Origin: an uncultured bacterium
GTDB lineage: Bacteria > Verrucomicrobiota > Kiritimatiellia > PWTM01
Direction: 5' to 3'
Length of the DNA stretch: 64,000 nt
Assembly (NCBI GenBank): GCA_963744655.1
Contig: CAVUUJ010000002.1
Location: 1,277,864 to 1,341,863, forward strand
A program made the translations under genes and the position numbers. Below are positions 26,269 through 35,843 of this stretch, one piece after another. Below the pieces are notes generated by a model. The model was not told the DNA's origin. It did no database searches and worked only from the letters and a program-made list of their open reading frames with translations. Each line of letters begins with the position of its first letter. Position 1 is the first letter of the stretch.

Positions 26269-26674
26269 CCACGCGAAGGCGGCCACGGCCACCGGCCGCC
26301 TGCCGGCCCGGGGCGAAGCGCGAGCCCGGCGCCCGGGGCCTCACCCCGCCATCCCCCGCGGCGGACAGGGGGGGCGTGACGGGTCAGGCCGTGGCACGTG
26401 ATCACGCCTCGCTCGCGGCTCCGGGGCGGCGCGAATCGTGGCGGCGCGGCGCGTGCCCGCCGGTTCGGTGCCGGGAGCGTCGCGCTGTCCGCCCGGCCCC
26501 CGGCGCCGCGCTCCGCAACTCAAGGCCCCGGCTCGGGAGCCCCCCCACCACCGGAGGCGGGCGGACATCGAAAGCCGCTACGCCGGCTTGCCCCCGAACG
26601 CCGCCAGGGCCGAACAGGCCGCGAACAACGGGCTAGTCCATTGGGACTAGGGGCAAGAAAATGCAGAAAGGGGC

Positions 26675-26703
26675 TTGACCTGGATGGGGGCGGGGGGTAA
26701 GAA
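26675..26703 (+). promoter_or_regulatory. candidate promoter TTGACC-N17-TAAGAA (G-rich spacer TGGATGGGGGCGGGGGG)
   Basis: Same architecture and downstream leader (CATCGTAATCGGTGGAGAGGTTCTGTTCGGCATG) as the 20.0-kb cassette. Confidence 0.4.
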
Positions 26704-26766
26704 GGGCATCGTAATCGGTGGAGAGGTTCTGTTCGGCATGCTGCCGGAACAAGAAGGAAGGGGAGA

Positions 26767-27657
26767 ATGATGAAGGTGACTATGTTTCGTCGAGTGACGG
26801 TTGCGGCGTCGATCGCCCTGTTCTGCGGTCTCATGTGGCCCGCGACGGCGGAGGCCACGACCGTCGGCTGGTGGCGCTTCGAGGACGGTGCGTTCCAGGA
26901 GGATTCCGGTCCTAACAACTTTGATCTGACCGTGCCCGCGGGTGACAACAACCCGGTCCAGGTCACTCCCTTGCCGGGCAGCGGCGACGGCAGCGCGTTC
27001 CAGAATCCGATTGCCAAGACCGGCGACTCCAATACCGGCCTTGCCCAATTCACGCCCAGCAGTTCTCGACCCCGGCTGCGTTCAGCGCCGGTTCCTCGTC
27101 GCTCTTCGCACTCGGCGCCGACTACACCTTCGAATTCATGTTCAACCGGGATACCGACGCCTACGGGTTCCTGTTCGCCCAGTGGACGGACGGCGGCGGA
27201 AGTGCCGGTAACACATTCGGCTTAGCCGTCGGCCAGGATGGCTCGGACTACATACGTGTGGCTCGGGGCAGTTCGTCCGCGAACCTCACGGCCGCGGGCG
27301 CGTTTACCACCGGCACGGACTACTATGTCGCCCTGGTCCGGGACGGCACCGCGAATACGGACCTGCTCTACCGCCAGGACCTGACCAACGGTGGGGCCCT
27401 GCAGGTGTTCGATGTCACCGCTGCCACGGCCGGCCAAAACAAGGTCATCGGTGACACGGGTCTCGGATGTGATCATCGGCGCGCTGCGGACGGGGTCTAC
27501 CTCCACCGACCTTCCGTTCAACGGGTTGATCGACGAGCTGCGCATCTCGGACACGGCCCTCGCGCAGAGCGAGCTCCTGGTCGTCCCCGAACCGGCGACG
27601 CTCGGCCTGCTGGGCCTGGCGGGTGTGGCCATGATCCTGCGCCGCCGCCGCGGCTGA
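26767..27657 (+). pseudogene. PEP-CTERM/LamG-like protein gene, copy 1; two compensating frameshifts
   Basis: The N-terminus (MMKVTMFRRVTVAASIALFCGLMWPATAEA...) and the C-terminus (..VVPEPATLGLLGLAGVAMILRRRRG*) are in the same frame. The homologous middle part (27138 ORF: MFNRDTDAYGFLFAQWTDG...) is in another frame. Relative to copy 2 there is a 1-nt deletion at 27061-27070 and a 1-nt insertion at 27449-27460. Confidence 0.7.
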
Positions 27658-27680
27658 CGAACGGCGACAGCGCTGCATTC

Positions 27681-27720
27681 GCGCGGGCCCTCCCGATCGG
27701 GAGGGCCCGCGCTCTTTCTC
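27681..27720 (+). terminator. Rho-independent terminator candidate
   Basis: 14-bp perfect stem GCGCGGGCCCTCCC-GATC-GGGAGGGCCCGCGC followed by TCTTTCTC. Confidence 0.65.
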
Positions 27721-27952
27721 GTCCGGGTGCGGGGGATTGCCCGGCGCGGCCCCGCCCCTCTGCGCCAAGAGGACGAACCGCGAAGAGACGCGAACGGGAC
27801 GGGGGGCCTGGGGAACGGGACATCGAAGGCCTGCGTCGCGTCGTCGCGGTGCAGGCGCGCGGCGGCCGGCCTGCCGCGGACGCATGTCCCGATCGCGGAG
27901 CCGCGTAATCAGCACAACACACTTCCTGACAGCACGGCATGGCTTGGGCAAG

Positions 27953-29002
27953 ATGGCGCACATGGAGCACGTGCGGGTCACGGACGACGAGCGGGGCGTT
28001 CTGCGCGGGCTGGCCGCGCGCGTGGCGGAGCTTGCCGCTGACCCCGCGCAGGAAGCGAAGCGCGAGGCGGTGCGCGCGCTGAACCGGCTCGACCCCGTTC
28101 CGCCGCGCATCTACTGCTTCCCGGAGGCGGCCTGGCTGGAGGCGATCCCGCCGGCCTCGCTCGCCTGTGCCGGCCCGCTGCTCCGCGGCTGGGAAACGCG
28201 GCTTCGCATGGCGATCTACACCGCCGAGGTGCTGCGCGACGACCAGCCGGTGGACGCGGTCTTCAACCTGCCGTGGCACGGGGGCACGACGGGCTGGGGG
28301 CTGGAGGCGGACGTGCGCGCGACGGGCCGGGGCGAGGCGTCGGTCTACTACCTCCACCCCTATTCCGGCTACCGCCTCGCCCGCCCCTCCGACGGCGGCG
28401 CGGTGCACTACGACCCGCCGCTGCGCGAGCACGCGGACCTCGACAAGCTCGGCGCCCCGGAGGTCCGGGTCGACCGCGAGGCGTCGGCGCGGCAGCTCGA
28501 CCTGGCGCGCGAGCTTTTCGACGGCCTGCTCGAGGTCCGCCGCCGCGGCGGCTGGTGGCCGCTGCTCGGCGGCCTCTCCCAGGCCGCCGTGACGCTGCGC
28601 GGCGCGGACGCGCTGATGCTGGACCTCTACGACGACCCGGCGTGGGTGCGCGCCTACCTCGGCCGCCTCGCCGAGGGCCACCACGCCCTGCTCGACCGGC
28701 TCGAGGCCGAGGGTTTCCTCACGCTCAACAACGGGTGCGAGTGGATCCACACGGGCGGGATCGGCACCTCGGACGAGCTGCCCGCGGCGGGGTTCGACCC
28801 CGCGCGGCCGCGCTGCGCGGACCTCTGGGGCGGCGTGGAGAGCCAGGACCTCGTGGGCATCTCCCCCGCGCTCTTCGAGGCCCTCCCCGGGGCCGCCCAC
28901 CACCGGAGGCGGGCGGACATCGAAAGCCGCTACGCCGGCTTGCCCCCGAACGCCGCCAGGGCCGAACAGGCCGCGAACAACGGGCTAGTCCATTGGGACT
29001 AG
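27953..29002 (+). pseudogene. truncated, chimeric duplicate of the 30302..31636 URO-D-like gene
   Basis: Identical to the full copy through ..VGISPALFE (duplication junction at 28880). It then reads into repeat-derived sequence ALPGAAHHRRRADIESRYAGLPPNAARAEQAANNGLVHWD*. Confidence 0.75.
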
Positions 29003-29026
29003 GGGCAAGAAAAAGCAGAAAGGGGC

Positions 29027-29055
29027 TTGACCTGGATGGGGGCGGGGGGTAAGAA
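29027..29055 (+). promoter_or_regulatory. candidate promoter TTGACC-N17-TAAGAA (duplicate of 26675-26703)
   Basis: Identical hexamers and spacer. The same conserved leader follows. Confidence 0.4.
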
Positions 29056-29118
29056 GGGCATCGTAATCGGTGGAGAGGTTCTGTTCGGCATGCTGCCGGA
29101 ACAAGAAGGAAGGGGAGA

Positions 29119-30006
29119 ATGATGAAGGTGACTATGTTTCGTCGAGTGACGGTTGCGGTGTCGATCGCCCTGTTCTGCGGTCTCATGTGGCCCGCGACGG
29201 CGGAGGCCACGACCGTCGGCTGGTGGCGCTTCGAGAACGGTGCGTTCCAGGCGGATTCCGGTCCTAACAACTTTGATCTGACCGTGCCCGCGGGTGACAA
29301 CACCCCGGTCCAGGTCACTCCCTTGCCGGGCAGCGGCAACGGCAGCGCGTTCCAGAATCCGATTGCCAAGACCGGCGACTCCAATACCGGCCTTGCCCAA
29401 TTCACGCCCAGCGGTGCTACGACCCCGGCTGCGTTCAGTGCCGGTTCCTCGTCGCTCTTCGCACTCGGCGCCGACTACACCTTCGAATTCATGTTCAACC
29501 GGCCTGCCGAAACTTACGGGTACCTGTTCGGCCAGTGGACGGACGGCACAGGTGCCGGTAACGTTTTCGGCTTCGCCGTCGGCCAGGGTGGCTCGGACTA
29601 CATACGTGTGGGTCGGAACGCTAATGGCGTGAACCTCACGGACGCGGGCGCGTTTACCACCGGCACGGACTACTATGTCGCCCTGGTCCGGGACGGCACC
29701 GCGGATACGGACCTGCTCTACCGCCAGGACCTGACCAACGGTGGGCCCCTGCAGGTGTTCGATGTCACCGCTGCCACGGCCAGCCAAGACAAGGTCATCG
29801 GTGACACGTCTGCGAAAGTGATCATCGGCGCGCTGCGGACGGGGTCTAGCAGCACCGACATTCCGTTCAGCGGGTTGATCGACGAGCTGCGCATCTCGGA
29901 CACGGCCCTCGCGCAGAGCGAGCTCCTGGTCGTCCCCGAACCGGCGACGCTCGGCCTGCTGGGCCTGGCGGGTGTGGCCATGATCCTGCGCCGCCGCCGC
30001 GGCTGA
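29119..30006 (+). CDS. PEP-CTERM sorting-domain protein with a LamG/concanavalin-like body
   Basis: 295-aa intact ORF. Signal peptide. Motifs GADYTFEFMFNRPAETYGYLFGQWTDG, TDYYVALVRDGTADTDLLYRQD and FSGLIDELRISDTAL. C-terminus VVPEPATLGLLGLAGVAMILRRRRG*. Confidence 0.85.
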   Translation: MMKVTMFRRVTVAVSIALFCGLMWPATAEATTVGWWRFENGAFQADSGPNNFDLTVPAGDNTPVQVTPLPGSGNGSAFQNPIAKTGDSNTGLAQFTPSGATTPAAFSAGSSSLFALGADYTFEFMFNRPAETYGYLFGQWTDGTGAGNVFGFAVGQGGSDYIRVGRNANGVNLTDAGAFTTGTDYYVALVRDGTADTDLLYRQDLTNGGPLQVFDVTAATASQDKVIGDTSAKVIIGALRTGSSSTDIPFSGLIDELRISDTALAQSELLVVPEPATLGLLGLAGVAMILRRRRG

Positions 30007-30029
30007 CGAACGGCGACAGCGCTGCATTC

Positions 30030-30069
30030 GCGCGGGCCCTCCCGATCGGGAGGGCCCGCGCTCTTTCTC
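30030..30069 (+). terminator. Rho-independent terminator candidate (duplicate of 27681-27720)
   Basis: Same perfect 14-bp stem and TCTTTCTC tail. Confidence 0.65.
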
Positions 30070-30301
30070 GTCCGGGTGCGGGGGATTGCCCGGCGCGGCC
30101 CCGCCCCTCTGCGCCAAGAGGACGAACCGCGAAGAGACGCGAACGGGACGGGGGGCCTGGGGAACGGGACATCGAAGGCCTGCGTCGCGTCGTCGCGGTG
30201 CAGGCGCGCGGCGGCCGGCCTGCCGCGGACGCATGTCCCGATCGCGGAGCCGCGTAATCAGCACAACACACTTCCTGACAGCACGGCATGGCTTGGGCAA
30301 G

Positions 30302-31636
30302 ATGGCGCACATGGAGCACGTGCGGGTCACGGACGACGAGCGGGGCGTTCTGCGCGGGCTGGCCGCGCGCGTGGCGGAGCTTGCCGCTGACCCCGCGCAG
30401 GAAGCGAAGCGCGAGGCGGTGCGCGCGCTGAACCGGCTCGACCCCGTTCCGCCGCGCATCTACTGCTTCCCGGAGGCGGCCTGGCTGGAGGCGATCCCGC
30501 CGGCCTCGCTCGCCTGTGCCGGCCCGCTGCTCCGCGGCTGGGAAACGCGGCTTCGCATGGCGATCTACACCGCCGAGGTGCTGCGCGACGACCAGCCGGT
30601 GGACGCGGTCTTCAACCTGCCGTGGCACGGGGGCACGACGGGCTGGGGGCTGGAGGCGGACGTGCGCGCGACGGGCCGGGGCGAGGCGTCGGTCTACTAC
30701 CTCCACCCCTATTCCGGCTACCGCCTCGCCCGCCCCTCCGACGGCGGCGCGGTGCACTACGACCCGCCGCTGCGCGAGCACGCGGACCTCGACAAGCTCG
30801 GCGCCCCGGAGGTCCGGGTCGACCGCGAGGCGTCGGCGCGGCAGCTCGACCTGGCGCGCGAGCTTTTCGACGGCCTGCTCGAGGTCCGCCGCCGCGGCGG
30901 CTGGTGGCCGCTGCTCGGCGGCCTCTCCCAGGCCGCCGTGACGCTGCGCGGCGCGGACGCGCTGATGCTGGACCTCTACGACGACCCGGCGTGGGTGCGC
31001 GCCTACCTCGGCCGCCTCGCCGAGGGCCACCACGCCCTGCTCGACCGGCTCGAGGCCGAGGGTTTCCTCACGCTCAACAACGGGTGCGAGTGGATCCACA
31101 CGGGCGGGATCGGCACCTCGGACGAGCTGCCCGCGGCGGGGTTCGACCCCGCGCGGCCGCGCTGCGCGGACCTCTGGGGCGGCGTGGAGAGCCAGGACCT
31201 CGTGGGCATCTCCCCCGCGCTCTTCGAGGAGTTCTTCCTGCCTGTGTTCCGGCCCGTCGTCGAGCGCTTCGGCCTCGGCTGCTACGGCTGCTGCGAGCCG
31301 CTGCAGGACTGGCTGCCGGCGCTGCGTACGATCCGCAACCTGCGGCGCGTGTCCGTCTCGCCCTGGGCCGACGTGGCGGCCTGCGCGGAGCGCATGGGCC
31401 CGGACCTTGTCTTCTCGCGCAAGCCGTCGCCGACGCCGCTCTCCACCGGGCGGGTGGACGGGGACGCCATCCGGCGCGAGTTGGAGGAGACCTTCCGCAT
31501 CGCGAAGGCGAACGACTGCCGGGTGGAGGTCATGATGAAGGACTTGCAGACCGTGCGCGGCGATACCGCGCGCCTGCGCCGCTGGGTGGAGCTGGCGCGG
31601 GCGGCGCGCGCCGCGGTATACGGGGAGTCGGCATGA
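30302..31636 (+). CDS. distant URO-D-superfamily-like protein (GCYGCCEP subtype)
   Basis: ATG 30302 (MAHMEHVRVTDDERG...). Motif QDLVGISPALFEEFFLPVFRPVVERFGLGCYGCCEPLQDWLPAL matches the ISPxxFxEFxxP block of the other URO-D-like paralogs. ATGA overlap with GH116 at 31633-31636. Confidence 0.65.
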   Translation: MAHMEHVRVTDDERGVLRGLAARVAELAADPAQEAKREAVRALNRLDPVPPRIYCFPEAAWLEAIPPASLACAGPLLRGWETRLRMAIYTAEVLRDDQPVDAVFNLPWHGGTTGWGLEADVRATGRGEASVYYLHPYSGYRLARPSDGGAVHYDPPLREHADLDKLGAPEVRVDREASARQLDLARELFDGLLEVRRRGGWWPLLGGLSQAAVTLRGADALMLDLYDDPAWVRAYLGRLAEGHHALLDRLEAEGFLTLNNGCEWIHTGGIGTSDELPAAGFDPARPRCADLWGGVESQDLVGISPALFEEFFLPVFRPVVERFGLGCYGCCEPLQDWLPALRTIRNLRRVSVSPWADVAACAERMGPDLVFSRKPSPTPLSTGRVDGDAIRRELEETFRIAKANDCRVEVMMKDLQTVRGDTARLRRWVELARAARAAVYGESA

Positions 31637-34290
31637 CCGGGCGCAGCTACGCAGGCGCGGAGACCGCCCAGATTTCCTTCCCGCTCGGCGGGATCGGGGC
31701 GGGCTGCGTCGGCCTCGCCGGCAACGGGCGGCTGGTGGACTGGGAGATCCTCAACCGGCCCGGCAAGGGCTGTCTCAACGGACTCAGCCACTTCGCCGTG
31801 CGCGCGGAGCGCGGCGGCCGGGTGCTGGACGCGCGCGTCCTGCAGGGCGACCTGCCGCCGCCCTACACCGGCGAGTTCGGGCAGCGCCTCTTCACCGGGT
31901 TCGGCTGGGGCCCGCGCCGCGAGAACCTGGCCGGTATGCCGCACTTCCGGGAGCACGTCTTCCGCGCCGCCTTCCCGACGGCGGAGATCGGGTTCGGCGG
32001 CGAGCCCGCCTTTCCGGGGGAGGCCGTGCTCCGCGCCTGGAGCCCCTTCATCCCCGGCCGCGAGGACGACTCCGGCGCGCCGGCGGCCTTCTTCGAGGTC
32101 GAGTTGACGAACCGGTCGGACGAGCCGGTCGACTTCACCGTCGCCGCCGCTCTCTCCAATCCCTTCCCCGGCGACCGGCCCGTTCACGCGCTGCGGCTCG
32201 ACGGCGGCGCCGCCCTGCTGACCGTCGCGAACGAAGCCTGCGCGCCGGACAGCCCGGAGGCGGGCCGGCTCGCGCTGGCCACGGACGCCCCGGACACGAG
32301 CGGCCAGGCGTTCTGGTACCGCGGCCGCTGGGCGGACAGCCTGGAGGTGTACTGGCGGGACCTGCTGGCCGGCGGCCGCTTCCGGGACCGGACCTACGGC
32401 CCCGGCAGCCAGGGCTGCTGGGAACGGCGCGACACCGGCCACCTCGCGGCCCATGCGCCCGCCGCCCCCGGCGCGTCGGTGCGGGTCCGCTTCGTCCTCG
32501 CCTGGCACGTGCCGAACCGGGCCAACGACTGGTCGGCCGACAGCGCCGCCTTCCGCCGCCGGCTGGCGGAGGACGGCGTGCGCAACGCGTGGCGCAACTG
32601 GTACGCGACGCGGTGGCGCGACGCGGAGGATGCGGCCCGGTGGGGGCTGGCGTCGTGGGACGAGCTTCACGGGGAGACCGTGGCGTTCCGCGACGCGCTC
32701 TTCGCCACGAACGCCCCCGCGCCTGTCGTCGAGGCGGTCGCGGCCAACCTCTCCATCCTGCGGTCGGCGACCTGCCTGCGCCTCGAGGACGGCACGTTCT
32801 ACGGATGGGAAGGCGTCGGCGTCGGCGCCGGCAGCTGCGAGGGCTCCTGCACGCACGTCTGGGGCTACGAGCAGGCGCTCGCGTATCTCTTCCCCCGGCT
32901 CGAGCGCTCGATGCGGGAGGCGACGCTGCGCTACGGGGTGGACGAGGCGGGCGGCTGCCACTTCCGGCTGCCGCTCCCGCTGGGCGTGCGCGCGCGGACG
33001 GACGACTTCCGGCCGGCGGCGGACGGGCACTTCGGGGAGATCGTCCGCACGTACCGCGACTGGCGGCTCTCGGGCGAAACGGACTGGATGAGCGCCCGGT
33101 GGCCCGCGGTGCGCCGGATGATCGCCTACGCGTGGAGCCCGGAGAACCCGGACCGGTGGGACCCGGAGCGCACCGGCGTCCTGCACGGGCGCCAGCACCA
33201 CACGCTGGACATGGAGCTGTTCGGGCCGAGCGCCTGGCTGACGGGGATCTACCTGGCCGCCCTCAAGGCCGCCGCCGCCATGGCGGAGGCCTGCGGCGAC
33301 CCGGCCTTCGCGGCGGAGTGCCGCGCGGTCTTCGCGCGCGGAAAGGCCTGGGTCGAGGCACACCTCTTCGACGGCGAGGTCTACGGGCAGGCCGTGGACC
33401 TGGACGACCGCGGCGCGCTGGCGCCCTACGGGGACGCGGACGAAGCCTACTGGGGCGCGGAGCACGGCGAGATCAAGTACCAGGTCGGCGCCGGCGTCGA
33501 GGTGGACATGACGCTGGGGCAGTGGTTCGCCGACCTCTGCGGCCTCGGCGAGATCCTCGACCCCGCGCGCACGGCCTCGACGCTCCGCGCGGTCTTCCGC
33601 CACAACTTCCGCCGCTCGCACCGCGACGCGCCCAACCCGTGGCGGCTGTTCGCGCTCAACGACGAGGCGGGGCTGTGCATGTGCTCCTGGCCGGAAGGCC
33701 GGCGCCGGCCTGCGATCCCGCTGCCCTACGCCGAGGAGACGATGCACGGCTTCGAGTACGCCGTCGCCTGCCAGCTCATCGCCCGCGGCCTGCGCGACGA
33801 GGGACTGGAGATCGTCCGCGGCGTCCGCGACCGCTACGACGGCGAGCGGCGCAACCCGTGGAACGAGATCGAGTGCGGGAGCAACTACGCCCGCTCCCTC
33901 GCCTCCTTCGGGCTGCTCCACGCCTTCAGCGGGTTCCGTTACGACGCGGTCGACCGCTTCCTCGCGCTCGCGCCCGCCGCGGACGGCGCCGGGCCGCTCG
34001 CCTGCTTCTGGTCGACCGGCGCGGCCTGGGGGCTCGTCCGCACCGGGCCGGGCCGGGCCGGGGTGGAGGTCCTGCGCGGAGAACTGGTGCTGGAGGCGGC
34101 GGACTTCGGCTTCGCGCCCGGCACGGTCGAGGCCGGCGGCGAGACCGTTGCCCGGAGCGTGGACGGCACGCGCGTCGTGTTCGCGGCGCCCTGCCGCCTC
34201 CGGCCCGGCCGGCCGCTGCGCGCCGGCCGACGCCCGGCGGGGAAAGGCCCAAAGCGGGCGGCGGCGCGGGGAGGAGCGGCGGGAAGATGA
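31633..34290 (+). CDS. GH116-family beta-glucosidase (GBA2-type)
   Basis: N-terminus ISFPLGGIGAGCVGLAGNGRLVDWEILNRPGK. Motifs GSCTHVWGYEQA, GRQHHTLDMELFG and RNPWNEIECGSNYARSLASF. ATGA overlaps at both ends. Confidence 0.85.
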   Translation: MTGRSYAGAETAQISFPLGGIGAGCVGLAGNGRLVDWEILNRPGKGCLNGLSHFAVRAERGGRVLDARVLQGDLPPPYTGEFGQRLFTGFGWGPRRENLAGMPHFREHVFRAAFPTAEIGFGGEPAFPGEAVLRAWSPFIPGREDDSGAPAAFFEVELTNRSDEPVDFTVAAALSNPFPGDRPVHALRLDGGAALLTVANEACAPDSPEAGRLALATDAPDTSGQAFWYRGRWADSLEVYWRDLLAGGRFRDRTYGPGSQGCWERRDTGHLAAHAPAAPGASVRVRFVLAWHVPNRANDWSADSAAFRRRLAEDGVRNAWRNWYATRWRDAEDAARWGLASWDELHGETVAFRDALFATNAPAPVVEAVAANLSILRSATCLRLEDGTFYGWEGVGVGAGSCEGSCTHVWGYEQALAYLFPRLERSMREATLRYGVDEAGGCHFRLPLPLGVRARTDDFRPAADGHFGEIVRTYRDWRLSGETDWMSARWPAVRRMIAYAWSPENPDRWDPERTGVLHGRQHHTLDMELFGPSAWLTGIYLAALKAAAAMAEACGDPAFAAECRAVFARGKAWVEAHLFDGEVYGQAVDLDDRGALAPYGDADEAYWGAEHGEIKYQVGAGVEVDMTLGQWFADLCGLGEILDPARTASTLRAVFRHNFRRSHRDAPNPWRLFALNDEAGLCMCSWPEGRRRPAIPLPYAEETMHGFEYAVACQLIARGLRDEGLEIVRGVRDRYDGERRNPWNEIECGSNYARSLASFGLLHAFSGFRYDAVDRFLALAPAADGAGPLACFWSTGAAWGLVRTGPGRAGVEVLRGELVLEAADFGFAPGTVEAGGETVARSVDGTRVVFAAPCRLRPGRPLRAGRRPAGKGPKRAAARGGAAGR

Positions 34291-35843
34291 AGAAGGCGCC
34301 GGGCTGGGCCGTGAGACTGGGAGGGATCGCCATGCTGGCTCTTTCCGTTGCGCGCGGGGAAGACGGGCTCCGGCTTCCGAGCGTCTTCTCCGAGGGCATG
34401 GTTCTGCAGCGGGACCTGCCGGTCCCGGTCTGGGGCGAGGCCCGTCCGGGCGCACGGGTGACGGTGCGGTTGTACGACCACGGGCGGCTGCTGGCCGACG
34501 CGTCCGCTACGGCGCGCGCGGACGACGGGGCCTGGCGCGTCGATCTCCCGCCGCAGCCGGCGGGCGGACGGTTCTCGCTGCTCGTCGAGAGCCGCCCGGC
34601 CGGCGCGGACGGGCGGGTCGCGCGGCGGCTTTTCACGAACGTGCTGATCGGCGAGGTGTGGATCCTGTGCGGCCAGTCCAACGCGCTTTTCGCGATGAAC
34701 GGGTGCGCGGAGCGGGAGGACGCGCTTGCCCGGCTCCGGGACTACCCGCTGATTCGCGTCTTCCAGCTCGGCGGCCGGGAGGACGTCCTCGAGGCGCGGG
34801 CGCCCCGGACGGACACGCAAGGGTACTGGGGACCGGCCAAGTGGGAAGAGGCCGCCTACACCGTGCCGCGGTCGAGCGAGACGGACGTGCCCGGCTCCTC
34901 GTCCGCCGTGAGCTACTTCTTCGCCCGGGCCCTCGCCCGGTGGCTGGGCCCCGGCGTGCCGGTGGGCATGATCGAGATCGGGGCCATCCTCCCCGTCGAA
35001 AGCTGGGTCGACGACCGGACCCTGGAGGGGGTCCCCGCCTTGCGCGGGCTGCGGGGCAAGGACTACCCCCACGCCACCGGGCGCGCGTTCAACGCCCTCA
35101 TCGCGCCGCTGGCCCCGTACGCTGTACGCGGCGCCGCCTACTACCAGGGCGAGATGAACGCCGGCCGTCCGGCAGACTACTACCACGGGCTGAAGGCCCT
35201 CGTCGCCGGCTGGCGCCGGGCGTGGGACCGCCCGGATCTGCCCTTCCTGCTCGTGCAGCTGCCGGGCTTCATCGAGCACCTCGCCGGGAAGACGGATCTG
35301 GACATGAACGCCGAGCAGTTGGCCCGCTTCGACGGCCGGAACGCCGATCACCCGTTCTGCCGCATTCGCGAGGCCCAGCGGCGGGTCAGCCGCGAGGTGC
35401 CCGGCGTCGGGCTGGCGGTGACGATCGACACGGGCGAGCGCTTCGACATCCATCCGCCGCGCAAGCGCGCCGCGGGCGAGCGCCTGGCGCTGCAGGCCCG
35501 CAAGGTGGCGTACGGCGACGGGACGGCGGCGGCCGACGGGCCGCGGCCCCGCGCCTTCCGGCGCGAGGGCGGGGCGTACCTCGTCGCCTTCGACGGCGTC
35601 GGCGGCGGCCTGCGGGCCAGGGGCAGGCTGGACGGGTTCGAACTGCGCGACGCGGACGGCGCGTGGCACCCCGCCCCCGCGCGAATCCGCGGCGACACGG
35701 TGGAAGTCCGGGCCGAGGCCGCGGCCGCGCCCACCGGTGTGCGCTACGCCTGGGCCGGGTATCCCCCGACGCCGCTCTACAACGCCGAGGGATTGCCCGC
35801 GACGCCCTTCCACGAACCGCCTGTCGCCTTCGACGTCCCCTGA
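34287..35843 (+). CDS. sialate O-acetylesterase-like (SASA/DUF303-type) carbohydrate esterase, secreted
   Basis: Signal peptide MKKAPGWAVRLGGIAMLALSVARG. Motifs LPSVFSEGMVLQRD, GEVWILCGQSNALFAM, RGAAYYQGEMN, FLLVQLPGF and VRYAWAGYP. Confidence 0.8.
   Translation: MKKAPGWAVRLGGIAMLALSVARGEDGLRLPSVFSEGMVLQRDLPVPVWGEARPGARVTVRLYDHGRLLADASATARADDGAWRVDLPPQPAGGRFSLLVESRPAGADGRVARRLFTNVLIGEVWILCGQSNALFAMNGCAEREDALARLRDYPLIRVFQLGGREDVLEARAPRTDTQGYWGPAKWEEAAYTVPRSSETDVPGSSSAVSYFFARALARWLGPGVPVGMIEIGAILPVESWVDDRTLEGVPALRGLRGKDYPHATGRAFNALIAPLAPYAVRGAAYYQGEMNAGRPADYYHGLKALVAGWRRAWDRPDLPFLLVQLPGFIEHLAGKTDLDMNAEQLARFDGRNADHPFCRIREAQRRVSREVPGVGLAVTIDTGERFDIHPPRKRAAGERLALQARKVAYGDGTAAADGPRPRAFRREGGAYLVAFDGVGGGLRARGRLDGFELRDADGAWHPAPARIRGDTVEVRAEAAAAPTGVRYAWAGYPPTPLYNAEGLPATPFHEPPVAFDVP

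Larger units (their letters stand above)
26545..28880 (+). repeat. tandem duplication, unit 1 (~2.35 kb; left boundary approximate)
   Basis: Offset to unit 2 is 2352 nt in the left part (26767 vs 29119) and 2349 nt in the right part (27737 vs 30086). From about 27525 onward the translations in all frames are identical. Confidence 0.85.
28897..31229 (+). repeat. tandem duplication, unit 2
   Basis: See unit 1. Homology to unit 1 ends at CTCTTCGAGG (31220-31229), after which the intact gene continues. Confidence 0.85.

Noticed and set aside
26545-31229. The 2.35-kb duplicated segment as an IS element or composite transposon.
   Set aside because: There is no transposase-like ORF in any frame and no terminal inverted repeats. 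The two units are directly abutting, with the junction inside a gene. This is the signature of a tandem duplication.
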